Source: an uncultured Acidimicrobiia bacterium
GTDB taxonomy: Bacteria; Actinomycetota; Acidimicrobiia; Spongiisociales; UBA5794
DNA: 51,107 nucleotides
Direction of reading: 5' to 3'
Assembly (NCBI GenBank): GCA_965368815.1
Contig: CBDUOH010000004.1
Span: forward strand, 1 to 51,107
This document shows positions 37,895-47,461 of this stretch, in pieces. The first letter of the stretch is position 1, and the number at the start of each line of letters is the position of its first letter. The position numbers and the translations under genes are program-made. The notes below the pieces were generated by a model that was not told the origin of the DNA, ran no database searches, and saw only the letters and a program-made list of their open reading frames with translations.

Positions 37895-38952
37895 ACGACG
37901 TCGATCGCATCGTTGCTTCGATCGTTCGCTCCGACGTACCCCTGACCAGGGAATCCGTTGTGCGAGCCGCAGCGGCCGTGAAACCCACCGAGGCACCATT
38001 GGCACCACACAGGGTGATCCACGATGCGACCGACGCCATCGTCGGCCTCGGGCCGCTTGAACCGATTCTGCGCGATCCAGGTGTATCTGATGTTCTCGTC
38101 AATGGTGCCACAGAGGTGTGGGTCGAGCGCGACGGTGTGCTCGAAAGAGTCGATGTCACATTCGGTTCCGACAAGGCCCTTGTGGCAGCGGTTCGCAGGA
38201 CGATTGCCCCCCTCGGACTTCGGTTGGATCGAGCCGTTCCCGCTGTCGACGCCAGGCTCGCCGATGGATCACGATTGCACGCGATCATTCCGCCCGCGTC
38301 CGTCGATGGTCCGGTGGTTGCGATCCGGCGCTTCATCCAGGCAGTCGATGATCTCGGCGACCTGGTGGCCCGGGGGGCGATACCGGCGTCTGGGGCAGAG
38401 ATGCTTTCGGAGGCCGTGGTCGCCAGGTCCAACATCCTGGTTGTCGGTGGAACCGGCGCGGGGAAGACGACGATCCTGAACCTGCTCGCTGCCACCATTG
38501 ACCGTGGAGAACGGATTGTGACGATCGAGGACGCAGCCGAGCTCAGCTTCTCCGGACATGTGGTTCGCCTTGAGGCGCACCCTCCCAACGTCGAGGGGAG
38601 CGGTGAGATCACGATCAGGTCACTGCTCAAGTATGCCCTCCGTCTCCGGCCGGATCGGATCATCGTGGGGGAGGTCAGGGGCCCCGAGGCCGCTGACATG
38701 ATCCAGGCGATGAACACCGGTCACGCAGGCTCGATGTCGACGTTGCACGCCAACAGTCCCTCTTCGGCGCTCGATCGCCTCGAAGTCCTCGCTGCCCAAC
38801 TCGGCGTGGCGGTATCCCCTACGACGGTCAGGCAACAGATCCTGTCGGCGTTCGATCTCGTGGTTCATGTCGGCCGGCGGGAACGCCGGAGAGTCGTGAG
38901 ATCAATCCATCGCGTGGCGCCCGACGGACTCGAGGAGGTGTCCACGTGGTGA
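37891..38952 (+). CDS. tadA: Tad pilus assembly ATPase TadA/CpaF
   Basis: GLGPLEP, DARLADGSR, GGTGAGKTT, TIEDAAEL, ALRLRPDRIIVGEVRG, AMNTGH. Confidence 0.95.
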   Translation: MNDVDRIVASIVRSDVPLTRESVVRAAAAVKPTEAPLAPHRVIHDATDAIVGLGPLEPILRDPGVSDVLVNGATEVWVERDGVLERVDVTFGSDKALVAAVRRTIAPLGLRLDRAVPAVDARLADGSRLHAIIPPASVDGPVVAIRRFIQAVDDLGDLVARGAIPASGAEMLSEAVVARSNILVVGGTGAGKTTILNLLAATIDRGERIVTIEDAAELSFSGHVVRLEAHPPNVEGSGEITIRSLLKYALRLRPDRIIVGEVRGPEAADMIQAMNTGHAGSMSTLHANSPSSALDRLEVLAAQLGVAVSPTTVRQQILSAFDLVVHVGRRERRRVVRSIHRVAPDGLEEVSTW

Positions 38953-39608
38953 TGTGGATCCTGGTTGCGGTCGGCATCGGAGCCGGATTGCCGTGGTGGA
39001 TGGTGCTTGCCGCAGCTGGGGTGGCCATGTCTCCTGTCAAGGGCACCGTGGCAATCATCGGCGTGGCCTTGGTGCTCGAGTCGGTCCGAAAACGCCGCTC
39101 TGACCCTTCCGTCGATGAGGCCGATCTTCTGCGACGCATCGCCTCGTCGGTCGCCGCTGGGGCGACCCTCCGGGAAGCCATTGTTGCCGTGGACGTCGGC
39201 GAACCGTACGGGACGGTCGGGCGTCTTTGCAGGGCAGGCGCACCCATCGCAGAAGTGGGCACCGCGATGAAGCAGGTGTTGCCGGTCAACGGTCGTCGGT
39301 TCGCCTCGTTGTGCGCCATGTCCGAACTCACCGGAGCCCCGGTGGGAGACGCGTTGCGCTCGTGCGCGGACCGGGCTGCACGAGATGCGGAGAATCGCAG
39401 GAAGCTGCGTACATCGCTCGCACAGGTACGAATGTCAGCATGGGTCGTCGGTGTTGCGCCCCTCGCATTGACCGGCATCGTCGTCGCGGCTCGGGGAATC
39501 CCTGAGCCGGGCGGAGCCATCATTGTCGTACCCATGGCGGTCGGGTTCATCCTCGAAGCCGTGGGCATGGGCATCGTGCTCACCCTCTCGCAGCGGGCAA
39601 TCGGATGA
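38946..39608 (+). CDS. tadB: TadB-like type II secretion F-family protein
   Basis: ASSVAAGATL, SELTGAPVGDAL; position after tadA. Confidence 0.8.
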   Translation: MVMWILVAVGIGAGLPWWMVLAAAGVAMSPVKGTVAIIGVALVLESVRKRRSDPSVDEADLLRRIASSVAAGATLREAIVAVDVGEPYGTVGRLCRAGAPIAEVGTAMKQVLPVNGRRFASLCAMSELTGAPVGDALRSCADRAARDAENRRKLRTSLAQVRMSAWVVGVAPLALTGIVVAARGIPEPGGAIIVVPMAVGFILEAVGMGIVLTLSQRAIG

Positions 39609-40210
39609 TTGTGACGGGAACGGTTGCTGCGGCTCTGGTTCGGCTGATCGTTCCGAAGAGGGTGCAACCGTTCGCTGTCGCGGGGACACTCGGACTCGCT
39701 GTTGCTCCGCCGCTCGCGGTGGCGGCACCACTGGGTGTCTGGATCACTCGGCGGTCCCGAGCCATCTCTGCCGAGCGGCGAGCGAGCCGGCTGGCGCGAT
39801 CCGACGGATTGCTCGCCGTGGAGTTGGTCGCTGCTGGTGTCGCCGCGGGGGTGGCGTTCGATGCAGCGCTGACCACTGCCGCGTCGGAGATCGGGGGTGA
39901 CGTTGCTCGCTCGATGATGCAGCGACTCCGGACGTTTCGCCGCGATGACGGAGGTTCGGACGATGACGATCCCATCGCCACCCTCATTGCGATCGCTCGG
40001 CGATCAGAAGCTTCGGGCTCGAGGCTTGCGGACGAGCTGCGTGCTCTCGCAGAAACCGGGTACGCCATCGACGCTGCTGCAACAGCGGAACGGCTCGCCC
40101 GACTTCCCGTGACGATGCTCTTCCCCCTTGCCCTCTTGATCCTGCCGGGCTTCATCCTCGTGGCCGTCGCACCGGCCCTGATCAGTGGAATCACGCGGCT
40201 CGGGTTGTGA
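39605..40210 (+). CDS. tadC: TadC-like type II secretion F-family protein
   Basis: ELVAAGVAAG, SGSRLADEL, FPLALLILPGFILVAVAP. Confidence 0.82.
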   Translation: MIVTGTVAAALVRLIVPKRVQPFAVAGTLGLAVAPPLAVAAPLGVWITRRSRAISAERRASRLARSDGLLAVELVAAGVAAGVAFDAALTTAASEIGGDVARSMMQRLRTFRRDDGGSDDDDPIATLIAIARRSEASGSRLADELRALAETGYAIDAAATAERLARLPVTMLFPLALLILPGFILVAVAPALISGITRLGL

Positions 40211-40235
40211 CAGAGCCGACCAGAAAGGAACAGTC

Positions 40236-40400
40236 ATGCAATCAGAATCCGGTCAGGCGACCGCCGAATATGCCCTCGTGCTCGTGGCTGCTGCCATCGT
40301 TGCTCTCGCGCTGATCACGTGGGCGTCGACGACCGACACCCTCCCGGCGTTCTTCAACTCTGTGATCCAGAGAGTCATATCCGTCGCGAACAGCGTCTGA
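40236..40400 (+). CDS. Flp-type pilin (DUF4244-like)
   Basis: GQATAEYALV prepilin motif; AAAGGA RBS. Confidence 0.88.
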   Translation: MQSESGQATAEYALVLVAAAIVALALITWASTTDTLPAFFNSVIQRVISVANSV

Positions 40401-40762
40401 TGCGATTTGAGCAAGGGAGCGCCGTGGTCGAGTTCGCACTTGTGCTGCCTCTCATCCTGATGCTCCTGTTCGGCGTGATCGAGGTTGCCGTCGTGGCCAG
40501 AACTGAGATCCAACTCGTCCACGCGGCCAGAGAGGGAGCGCGGGAGGCAGCTGCATCGCCTGATACGTCTCGTGCGGTGTCGGCCGTCCGGGCGGCGCTC
40601 GGTGACAATGGTTCCGTGGCTCGAATTGCGGTATCGCGGCCGTCAACCGTCGGCGAAACGGCTTCCGTCTCCGTCCGGGTGCCTTATCGGATCGCCGCAC
40701 CGGTCTTCGGAGGTTTCGTCGTCACACTGTCGTCGCATGCGTCCATGCGGGTGGAGCGGTGA
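40400..40762 (+). CDS. tadE: TadE-like pseudopilin
   Basis: GSAVVEFALVLP; HAAREGAREAA. Confidence 0.9.
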   Translation: MRFEQGSAVVEFALVLPLILMLLFGVIEVAVVARTEIQLVHAAREGAREAAASPDTSRAVSAVRAALGDNGSVARIAVSRPSTVGETASVSVRVPYRIAAPVFGGFVVTLSSHASMRVER

Positions 40763-41184
40763 ACGGCCCGATCAGCGACGAGGCAGGATCCGCGGTCATC
40801 GGTGTTGCTCTGGTTGGTGTGTTGCTGGTCCTCACTGCGGTGATCGGGGGTCTGGGTGCGGTCGCGGCAACCTATGCACGGGCAGCGACGGCTGCCGATG
40901 CTGCCGCGCTCGCCTCGGCGCCCGTGACATTCAGACCGTTCGGAGCTTCATCGACAGCCCGAGCCGAAGCAGCTCGCTACGCCGCCGCCAACGACGCACG
41001 CCTCGTGAGGTGTGTTTGTGTCGCGGACCGGTCGTGGGCGTCGCGCACCGTGTCGGTGACGGTCGCTCGTTCGCTGTGGCTCCCGGTCGTGGGTGAGGTC
41101 ACGGTCACGGCCTCGAGCAGGGCCACGTTCGACCCGAGCGCACTGCTGAGGTCGGGTGACCGAGGCGTCGGGGGCACCGGTTGA
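40759..41184 (+). CDS. Rv3654c-family TadE/TadG-like protein
   Basis: DEAGSA, RAATAADAAALASA, AANDARLVRC. Confidence 0.85.
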   Translation: MNGPISDEAGSAVIGVALVGVLLVLTAVIGGLGAVAATYARAATAADAAALASAPVTFRPFGASSTARAEAARYAAANDARLVRCVCVADRSWASRTVSVTVARSLWLPVVGEVTVTASSRATFDPSALLRSGDRGVGGTG

Positions 41185-41224
41185 TATGGAGTTCGTCATC
41201 GAAACGTCTCTAGTCTCATGAGCT

Positions 41225-42553
41225 ATGCGGATCGTGATCGTCGGTGCAGGGGCCATTGGCTCGTTTCTTGCAGAGAAGCTGTCGCTCGAACGGCTTGATG
41301 TCGTCGTCATCGAGTCGAACCCCGAGGTGGCAGCGGCTGCACAAGCCCGTATCGACTGCCTGGTCATCGAGGGCAACGGTGCATCTTCCGAAACTCTCAA
41401 GCAGGCCGGAATCGAATCTGCGGACCTGCTGATCGCTGTGAGTTCCTCTGATGCGGTCAACGTCCTCGCCTGCGCTGCAGGCACCAGACTCGGCATCCCA
41501 TACAAAGTCGCCCGCGTCGAGGATCCTCATCTCAAGGCAGAAGTCGAAGCGCTTGGCGTGGATCTGGTGATCGATCCCGATGCGGCAGCATCGCGCGAGC
41601 TGGTCGCGCTTGCATCTGGTGGCGAGGTGGCAGAGATGATCCGCTTCGGCAACGGTGATCTCGTGCTCATCGGCGGCTACGTCGGCAAAGGGGCTGCCAT
41701 CATCGGTGGAACCCTTGCGGATCTCCGCAACACGGTCGAGGGATGGGACTGGCTCGTCGTAGCAGTCATCCAGGGGCACAAGACCATCATCGCGCGCGGG
41801 GACACGACACTCGACGAGGGCGATCACGTCCTGATGATGGCGAGAACAGACAGCGCCGAGAAGGCGTACAAGTGGCTCGGCCTGTCATCGCGGCCAGCCG
41901 AAAAGGTGATCATCCTCGGGGGTACCCGCCTTGCACGCCTCACGGCGGGTCTGCTGTCCGCTCGCGGAGTCCACACGACAGTGATCGAACCGGACATGGA
42001 CCGCTGCAAACTGATCGCCACGAAGTATCCGAAGGTTGTGACGGTGTGCGGATCCACCTCGGACAGGAAGCTCCTCGAATCCGAGGGCGCAGGAAGCGCA
42101 GACACCGTCATGGCCCTGACCGGGTGGGACGGCGAGAACGTGCTCGGAGGCATGATCGCCAAGGACCTTGGTGCACGCGAGGTGATAGCGCGGTTCTCGA
42201 ACACCGAGCTCATGGGGCTCGGTGCAGGGGTCGGCATCGATGCGACGGTCAGCTCACGCCTCTCAGCTGCCGATGAGATCCTTCGATTCGTCCGCCGTGG
42301 CGCGATCCACACGGTGGCGACCTTTTCGGACTCGGATGCCGAGGCGATCGAGCTCGAGGTCGGAGCGGATTCCTATGCCGTCGGCAAGACCCTCATGGAA
42401 CTCAAGTTGCCGCATTCCCTCATCATCGGTGGTGTCCAGCGCGGGGATGAATCATTCGTCCCGCGGGGCGACACACGCATCGAGGTCGGGGACCATCTGA
42501 TCGTCATGGCACTGCCCGAAGCCATAGCCGCCGCCGAACACCTCTCGGGCTGA
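41225..42553 (+). CDS. trkA: Trk potassium uptake NAD-binding subunit
   Basis: MRIVIVGAGAIG; two RCK N/C domain pairs. Confidence 0.94.
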   Translation: MRIVIVGAGAIGSFLAEKLSLERLDVVVIESNPEVAAAAQARIDCLVIEGNGASSETLKQAGIESADLLIAVSSSDAVNVLACAAGTRLGIPYKVARVEDPHLKAEVEALGVDLVIDPDAAASRELVALASGGEVAEMIRFGNGDLVLIGGYVGKGAAIIGGTLADLRNTVEGWDWLVVAVIQGHKTIIARGDTTLDEGDHVLMMARTDSAEKAYKWLGLSSRPAEKVIILGGTRLARLTAGLLSARGVHTTVIEPDMDRCKLIATKYPKVVTVCGSTSDRKLLESEGAGSADTVMALTGWDGENVLGGMIAKDLGAREVIARFSNTELMGLGAGVGIDATVSSRLSAADEILRFVRRGAIHTVATFSDSDAEAIELEVGADSYAVGKTLMELKLPHSLIIGGVQRGDESFVPRGDTRIEVGDHLIVMALPEAIAAAEHLSG

Positions 42554-42558
42554 CGTCC

Positions 42559-44010
42559 ATGTCGTTGCGTCATCTGTTGCACGTCGTTGGGGCCGTGATC
42601 GGCGCCATCGGGGTCTCGATGATGGGACCTGTCGCTGTCAGCCTCCTGTACCGGGAGTGGGATCAGATTCCCGGGCTGCTCGGGGCGGCCGTGGTCACCA
42701 CGCTTTTCGGTTTTGCCTTGTGGCGCAAGTACGACCGGCCGGGTGAACTGAGCACACGAGAAGGGTTCGCGAGTGTCGGCCTTGCATGGATTGCACTCGC
42801 GATGTTCGGATCGCTGCCGTACCTGTTCAGCGGTGCCATCACGAACATCAACGACGCCGTTTTTGAGTCTGCCGCAGGAATCACGACGACCGGTGCGTCG
42901 ATCCTGTCGGATCCCGCCCTGTTGTCCCATGGCGTCTTGTTCTGGCGTTCCTTGACGCAGTGGATAGGAGGCATGGGGATCATCGTTCTCTCCGTAGCGA
43001 TTCTCCCGCTGCTCGGCATGGGGGCGGTCCAGCTCGCAAGGGCCGAGTCGCCAGGGCCCAATCCCGACCGCCTGACGCCCCGATTCTCCGAAACCGCGAA
43101 GCGGCTCTGGTACGTGTATGCCGCCCTGACCGCGATCGAGGCGCTGCTGCTGTGGTTCGGCGAGATGACCTTGTTCGAGGCCATCAACCACTCGTTCACC
43201 ACCCTGTCCACCGGCGGGTTCAGCACAAATGCGGGCTCGCTCGGGGCGTACTCGTCCTATTCGCAGTGGGTCGTGATCGTCTTCATGTTGCTTGCCGGGA
43301 TGTCCTTCACCCTGCACTACAAGATCGTCAGGCGCGACCGGATGGCGTATTTCAAGTCGGCGCCACTGCGGGTGTACCTGGGAATCGTTGTGATTGCTGC
43401 CGTGCTGATGACCATCGGGACCTGGGGAGGGTCGGTCGTCCTCACGATCCGCGACGCGGTCTTCACGTCGCTGACCATCATCACCACGACGGGGTACGGC
43501 ACCGCCGATTTCGTCTTGTGGTCGCCCGCGCTCGGGGTCATGATCGTGGGCCTCATGTTCGTCGGTGGCATGGCAGGGTCCACGTCAGGCGCCATCAAAT
43601 CTGACCGGCTGTTGATCCTGTCGGGTGCGTCGCGCACCGATGTTCGTCGCCTCATCCATCCCAGAGGGGTGTTCGTGACGCGTGTCGGCAAGGATGCCGT
43701 TCCCGACCTCGTTGTCGAGACTGTTCAGACGTTCTTCTTGCTCTACATGTTCTCCTTCATGACCGGGGTCTTCGTGATCGCGATCATCGGCGCTCTGTCG
43801 AACGCCGGTACCGACATGATCACGATGGTGACGGCTGTCGCGTCGTCGCTCGGCAACGTCGGTCCGGGACTCGGTGACATCGGTCCCACCGGCAACTATG
43901 CAGGGTTCCCCGGCCTGAGCAAGTGGGTCCTGTCGACGCTCATGGTCGTCGGTCGCCTCGAGATCCTCCCCATCCTGATTCTCTTCAACCCCGAGGTATG
44001 GCGTCGCTGA
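42559..44010 (+). CDS. trkH: Trk potassium uptake permease
   Basis: FESAAGITTTGAS, QWIGGMGII, STGGFS, TTTGY, LGNVGPG, GRLEI. Confidence 0.96.
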   Translation: MSLRHLLHVVGAVIGAIGVSMMGPVAVSLLYREWDQIPGLLGAAVVTTLFGFALWRKYDRPGELSTREGFASVGLAWIALAMFGSLPYLFSGAITNINDAVFESAAGITTTGASILSDPALLSHGVLFWRSLTQWIGGMGIIVLSVAILPLLGMGAVQLARAESPGPNPDRLTPRFSETAKRLWYVYAALTAIEALLLWFGEMTLFEAINHSFTTLSTGGFSTNAGSLGAYSSYSQWVVIVFMLLAGMSFTLHYKIVRRDRMAYFKSAPLRVYLGIVVIAAVLMTIGTWGGSVVLTIRDAVFTSLTIITTTGYGTADFVLWSPALGVMIVGLMFVGGMAGSTSGAIKSDRLLILSGASRTDVRRLIHPRGVFVTRVGKDAVPDLVVETVQTFFLLYMFSFMTGVFVIAIIGALSNAGTDMITMVTAVASSLGNVGPGLGDIGPTGNYAGFPGLSKWVLSTLMVVGRLEILPILILFNPEVWRR

Positions 44011-44152
44011 TCCCGGGTGAGTCCGATCCCGGTCCGAGGTCGCGGCTCGCTGGAGCGGGTTTGATGTCGCCGGACCACGGATGCGTGAGGTCGCGGGTTC
44101 TCGATATACTGCCGCCGGTTTAGAACCCCCTTCCACAACAGGAGTGATTTCT

Positions 44153-46228
44153 GTGGCTAGTCCCGACCTATGGCTGTACATCGCCATCGGCATGGGTGTC
44201 GCAGCACTGCTCTTGGCGGCCCTGTACGGGCGTCAGGTGCTTGCTGTCTCACCCGGAAACGAGCGAATGACCGAGCTGATGGTCGCCATCCGCGAAGGTT
44301 CGATGGCGTTCATGCGCCGCGAGTACCTGGCCATCGCCGGTTTCGTCGCGATCATGGCGGTGCTCATCTTTGCTCTGCTCGATTGGGGTCGCCCTTGGGG
44401 TGCGGTTGCCTATGTCTTCGGAGCGGCACTGTCCGCACTCGCCGGATTCATCGGCATGCGGATCGCAACGGCCGCAAATGCCAGGACAGCCGAGGCTGCA
44501 CGTACCGGTGGGACGGCTGGAGCGCTTCCTGTCGCCTTCCGTGGCGGCGCGGTCATGGGATTCACCGTCGCAGGTCTCGGTCTGCTCGGGTTCTCCCTCG
44601 GCATCTGGTTCTTCGCTGAGATCCTCGAAGACCCCGATTGGGTCGACATCGTGACCGCGATCGGCCTCGGCGGATCGTCGATCGCATTGTTTGCTCGTGT
44701 TGGTGGTGGGATCTACACGAAGGCAGCCGATGTCGGTGCCGACCTCGTCGGTAAGGTCGAGGCCGGCATTCCCGAGGACGATCCCCGGAACCCGGCCACG
44801 ATTGCTGACAACGTGGGAGACAACGTCGGCGATGTCGCCGGCATGGGAGCCGATCTCTTCGAGTCATACGTCGGCTCGCTCGTGGCTCCGATTGCCTTTG
44901 CCTCGATCGTCTTTGCCGGCAAGGCATTCGTCCCACACACCATCTTCTACCCACTCATGATTGCCGCAATCGGCATGGGGGCTTCGATCATCGGGTCGTT
45001 CCTCGTGAAGCCGAAGGGCGACGACCTCGCCAGGGCGCTCCACATGGGGACGTGGGCAGCAGCCGCGATCACCGTTGTCGGTGTGGCGATCCTGACGCCC
45101 GTGATGTTCAACGGGGTCGAAGGTGTCGACAACCCGTGGGGCTTCTTCGTTGCGGTCATCGTCGGCCTGGTCGTCGGACTCTTCGTCGGCAAGATCTCCG
45201 AATGGTTCACGTCGGACCACTACAAGACGGTCAAAGAGATCGCACGACAGGCCGAGACCGGTCCAGCGACCGTCACGCTCGCGGGGATCGCCGAAGGCAA
45301 GAAGTCGGCTGCGTATTCCGTGATCGTCGTGGCCCTCGGAATGGGTGCCGCCTACTGGGCGGGTGATCTCGCCGTCGACGAAGGTGGCATCTATGGTGTC
45401 GCCATCGCCGCGATCGGCGTGCTCGCGACCCTGGGCATCACCGTGTCGGTGGACGCATACGGTCCGATCGCGGACAACGCAGGCGGCATCGCCGAGATGG
45501 CAGAACTCGATCCGGAGGTCCGTGAAGCGACGGATCAACTCGACGCCCTCGGCAACACCACCGCAGCAGTGGCCAAGGGCTTCGCCATCGCCTCCGCAGC
45601 GGTTACCGCCCTTGCCCTGTTCTTCACCTTCTCAAAGGCTGTCGGAGTCGAGAGCTTCGACATCCTCGACATCAAGGTTGCTGTCGGTCTGTTCCTCGGG
45701 GCGATGTTCCCGTACCTCTTCGCAGCCATGACGATCCAGGCTGTAGGACGTGCAGCGTTCCAGATGATCGAGGAGGTCCGTCGCCAGTTCCGAGAGATCC
45801 CAGGTCTCCGCGAAGGCAAGCCCGGTGTCAAGCCCGAGTACGCCAAGTGCGTGGACATCTCGACGAAGGCTTCACTGCGCGAGATGATCATCCCCGGCGC
45901 CCTCGCTGTCGTATTCCCGCTTGTGGTCGGTTTCATCTCCGTCGAGATGCTTGGCGGCGTGCTCGCCGGAGCATTGATCTCAGGCTTCCTGCTGGCCATC
46001 TACATGGCCAACGCCGGTGGTGCGTGGGACAACGCCAAGAAGTTCATCGAAGCTGGTGCATTCGGGGGCAAGGGCTCAGATGCCCATAAAGCGGCGGTCG
46101 TCGGTGACACCATCGGTGACCCGTTCAAGGACACATCGGGCCCAGCCATGAACATTGTGATCAAGGTCATGACCATCGTGTCGTTGATCTTTGCATCAGC
46201 GTTCGTCAGTGCAGGCGGGATCCTCTAG
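44153..46228 (+). CDS. hppA: Membrane pyrophosphatase, K+-dependent, probably Na+-translocating
   Basis: DVGADLVGKVE, EDDPRN, DNVGDNVGD, ADLFESY, GNTTAA, GDTIGDPFKDTSGP. Confidence 0.96.
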   Translation: MASPDLWLYIAIGMGVAALLLAALYGRQVLAVSPGNERMTELMVAIREGSMAFMRREYLAIAGFVAIMAVLIFALLDWGRPWGAVAYVFGAALSALAGFIGMRIATAANARTAEAARTGGTAGALPVAFRGGAVMGFTVAGLGLLGFSLGIWFFAEILEDPDWVDIVTAIGLGGSSIALFARVGGGIYTKAADVGADLVGKVEAGIPEDDPRNPATIADNVGDNVGDVAGMGADLFESYVGSLVAPIAFASIVFAGKAFVPHTIFYPLMIAAIGMGASIIGSFLVKPKGDDLARALHMGTWAAAAITVVGVAILTPVMFNGVEGVDNPWGFFVAVIVGLVVGLFVGKISEWFTSDHYKTVKEIARQAETGPATVTLAGIAEGKKSAAYSVIVVALGMGAAYWAGDLAVDEGGIYGVAIAAIGVLATLGITVSVDAYGPIADNAGGIAEMAELDPEVREATDQLDALGNTTAAVAKGFAIASAAVTALALFFTFSKAVGVESFDILDIKVAVGLFLGAMFPYLFAAMTIQAVGRAAFQMIEEVRRQFREIPGLREGKPGVKPEYAKCVDISTKASLREMIIPGALAVVFPLVVGFISVEMLGGVLAGALISGFLLAIYMANAGGAWDNAKKFIEAGAFGGKGSDAHKAAVVGDTIGDPFKDTSGPAMNIVIKVMTIVSLIFASAFVSAGGIL

Positions 46229-46256
46229 GCGCCCACCCGCTCGAGAGTCCTTGCAG

Positions 46257-46283
46257 GAGCCGTCGGGCAACCGGCGGCTCTTT
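46257..46283 (+). terminator. Intrinsic terminator after hppA
   Basis: GAGCCGTCGG-GCAA-CCGGCGGCTC followed by TTT. Confidence 0.85.
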
Positions 46284-46339
46284 GCGTTGCGGCGATTCGT
46301 ACCGGGCCGCGGCCAACCCGATGCTGTTCGACCCGGTGA

Positions 46340-47461
46340 TCAGTCGATGTCGCGGCGGCTGAAGACTGCGGTGGCGGCAGCCATTGCGAGGATCGCATAC
46401 ACGGCTATGACCGCCAGCGCCACGGTGCCGCTGTGCGAGAAGACCGTTTCGAGGTACCCCTCGTCATTGGTGATGAACCTGCCGACCTCACCGCCGTTCG
46501 CGAATGCGGTCAGGTTCTCCGTGAGGTCGAACGGCCGGTAGCTCTTCAGGAGTGTGTAGGCGATCGATGGACTGATGGCGATGTAGCCGATCAGTGCGAC
46601 AACGCCACCGACCGTGGCACGGGTGATCGTCGAGATCGAGAGCGCTATCAGGGCAACGGCAGCGGCGGCAACCCCGCCTCGCAGAATGCCGCCCACCAAG
46701 CCGAACCAGAACTCCGAGTCCCCGCCCGCCGTTGATCCTCGCCACAGTGCCGCCGGGAGCAGCGAGACCGTGAGCACCGACAACAGGAACACATGGATCA
46801 GGAACGCGGTGATCGCTGCCACGACAAGTTTTGCGGTGAGAACGCGTTTGCGCCTCGGTTCCCACAGCAGCGTCGTCTCAATCGTCGCCGCAGCGTATTC
46901 GGCCCCTATGAACGATGCACCGATGACGGCGGCAAGTGCAAACAGCATCAGGCTCATCACCGGGATGATGCCGTTGGCCATGGGTCTCGCAGAACGGTAC
47001 TCGACGTCGTTGACCATGATGGTCCGCTCGATGTATTCGGATACCTGTGCTGCGTCCAGATCAGGGCAGCCCTGGCGGTACTGCACCGTCGGCTCGTAGA
47101 GCGACACGACACAGAAGCGGCCGTCCTCGAACGCGTATCCGAAATTCATCGGATTGCAGGCCTCGTCGGCATATGCCTCTGCGGTCGGAAACGAACCCAG
47201 GTACTCCAGGTACCCGGGGTCGGCGTCGACGAGTGCGCCCTCGTCGAAGCGATTCCACTCATCGACGGAGTACAGCCGGCATTGTGCGATGTCGTTGGCC
47301 AGCACCTCGTCGATCTCCGACGTGTCAGGCGGTTCAGCGCTGGATGTGGCGAAGTTTGCGACCCCCGACACGACCATGGCGGAGCCGACGAGCAGCATCA
47401 CCATCCACGGCATGCGCCGCGACCACATTCGGCGCCACTCGATGGCAACGAGCTGCTTCAC
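46340..47461 (-). CDS. ABC-2 type exporter permease
   Basis: IEWRRM, GASFIGAEY...TLLWEPRR, FSRRDI C-terminus. Confidence 0.88.
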   Translation of the reverse strand: MKQLVAIEWRRMWSRRMPWMVMLLVGSAMVVSGVANFATSSAEPPDTSEIDEVLANDIAQCRLYSVDEWNRFDEGALVDADPGYLEYLGSFPTAEAYADEACNPMNFGYAFEDGRFCVVSLYEPTVQYRQGCPDLDAAQVSEYIERTIMVNDVEYRSARPMANGIIPVMSLMLFALAAVIGASFIGAEYAAATIETTLLWEPRRKRVLTAKLVVAAITAFLIHVFLLSVLTVSLLPAALWRGSTAGGDSEFWFGLVGGILRGGVAAAAVALIALSISTITRATVGGVVALIGYIAISPSIAYTLLKSYRPFDLTENLTAFANGGEVGRFITNDEGYLETVFSHSGTVALAVIAVYAILAMAAATAVFSRRDID

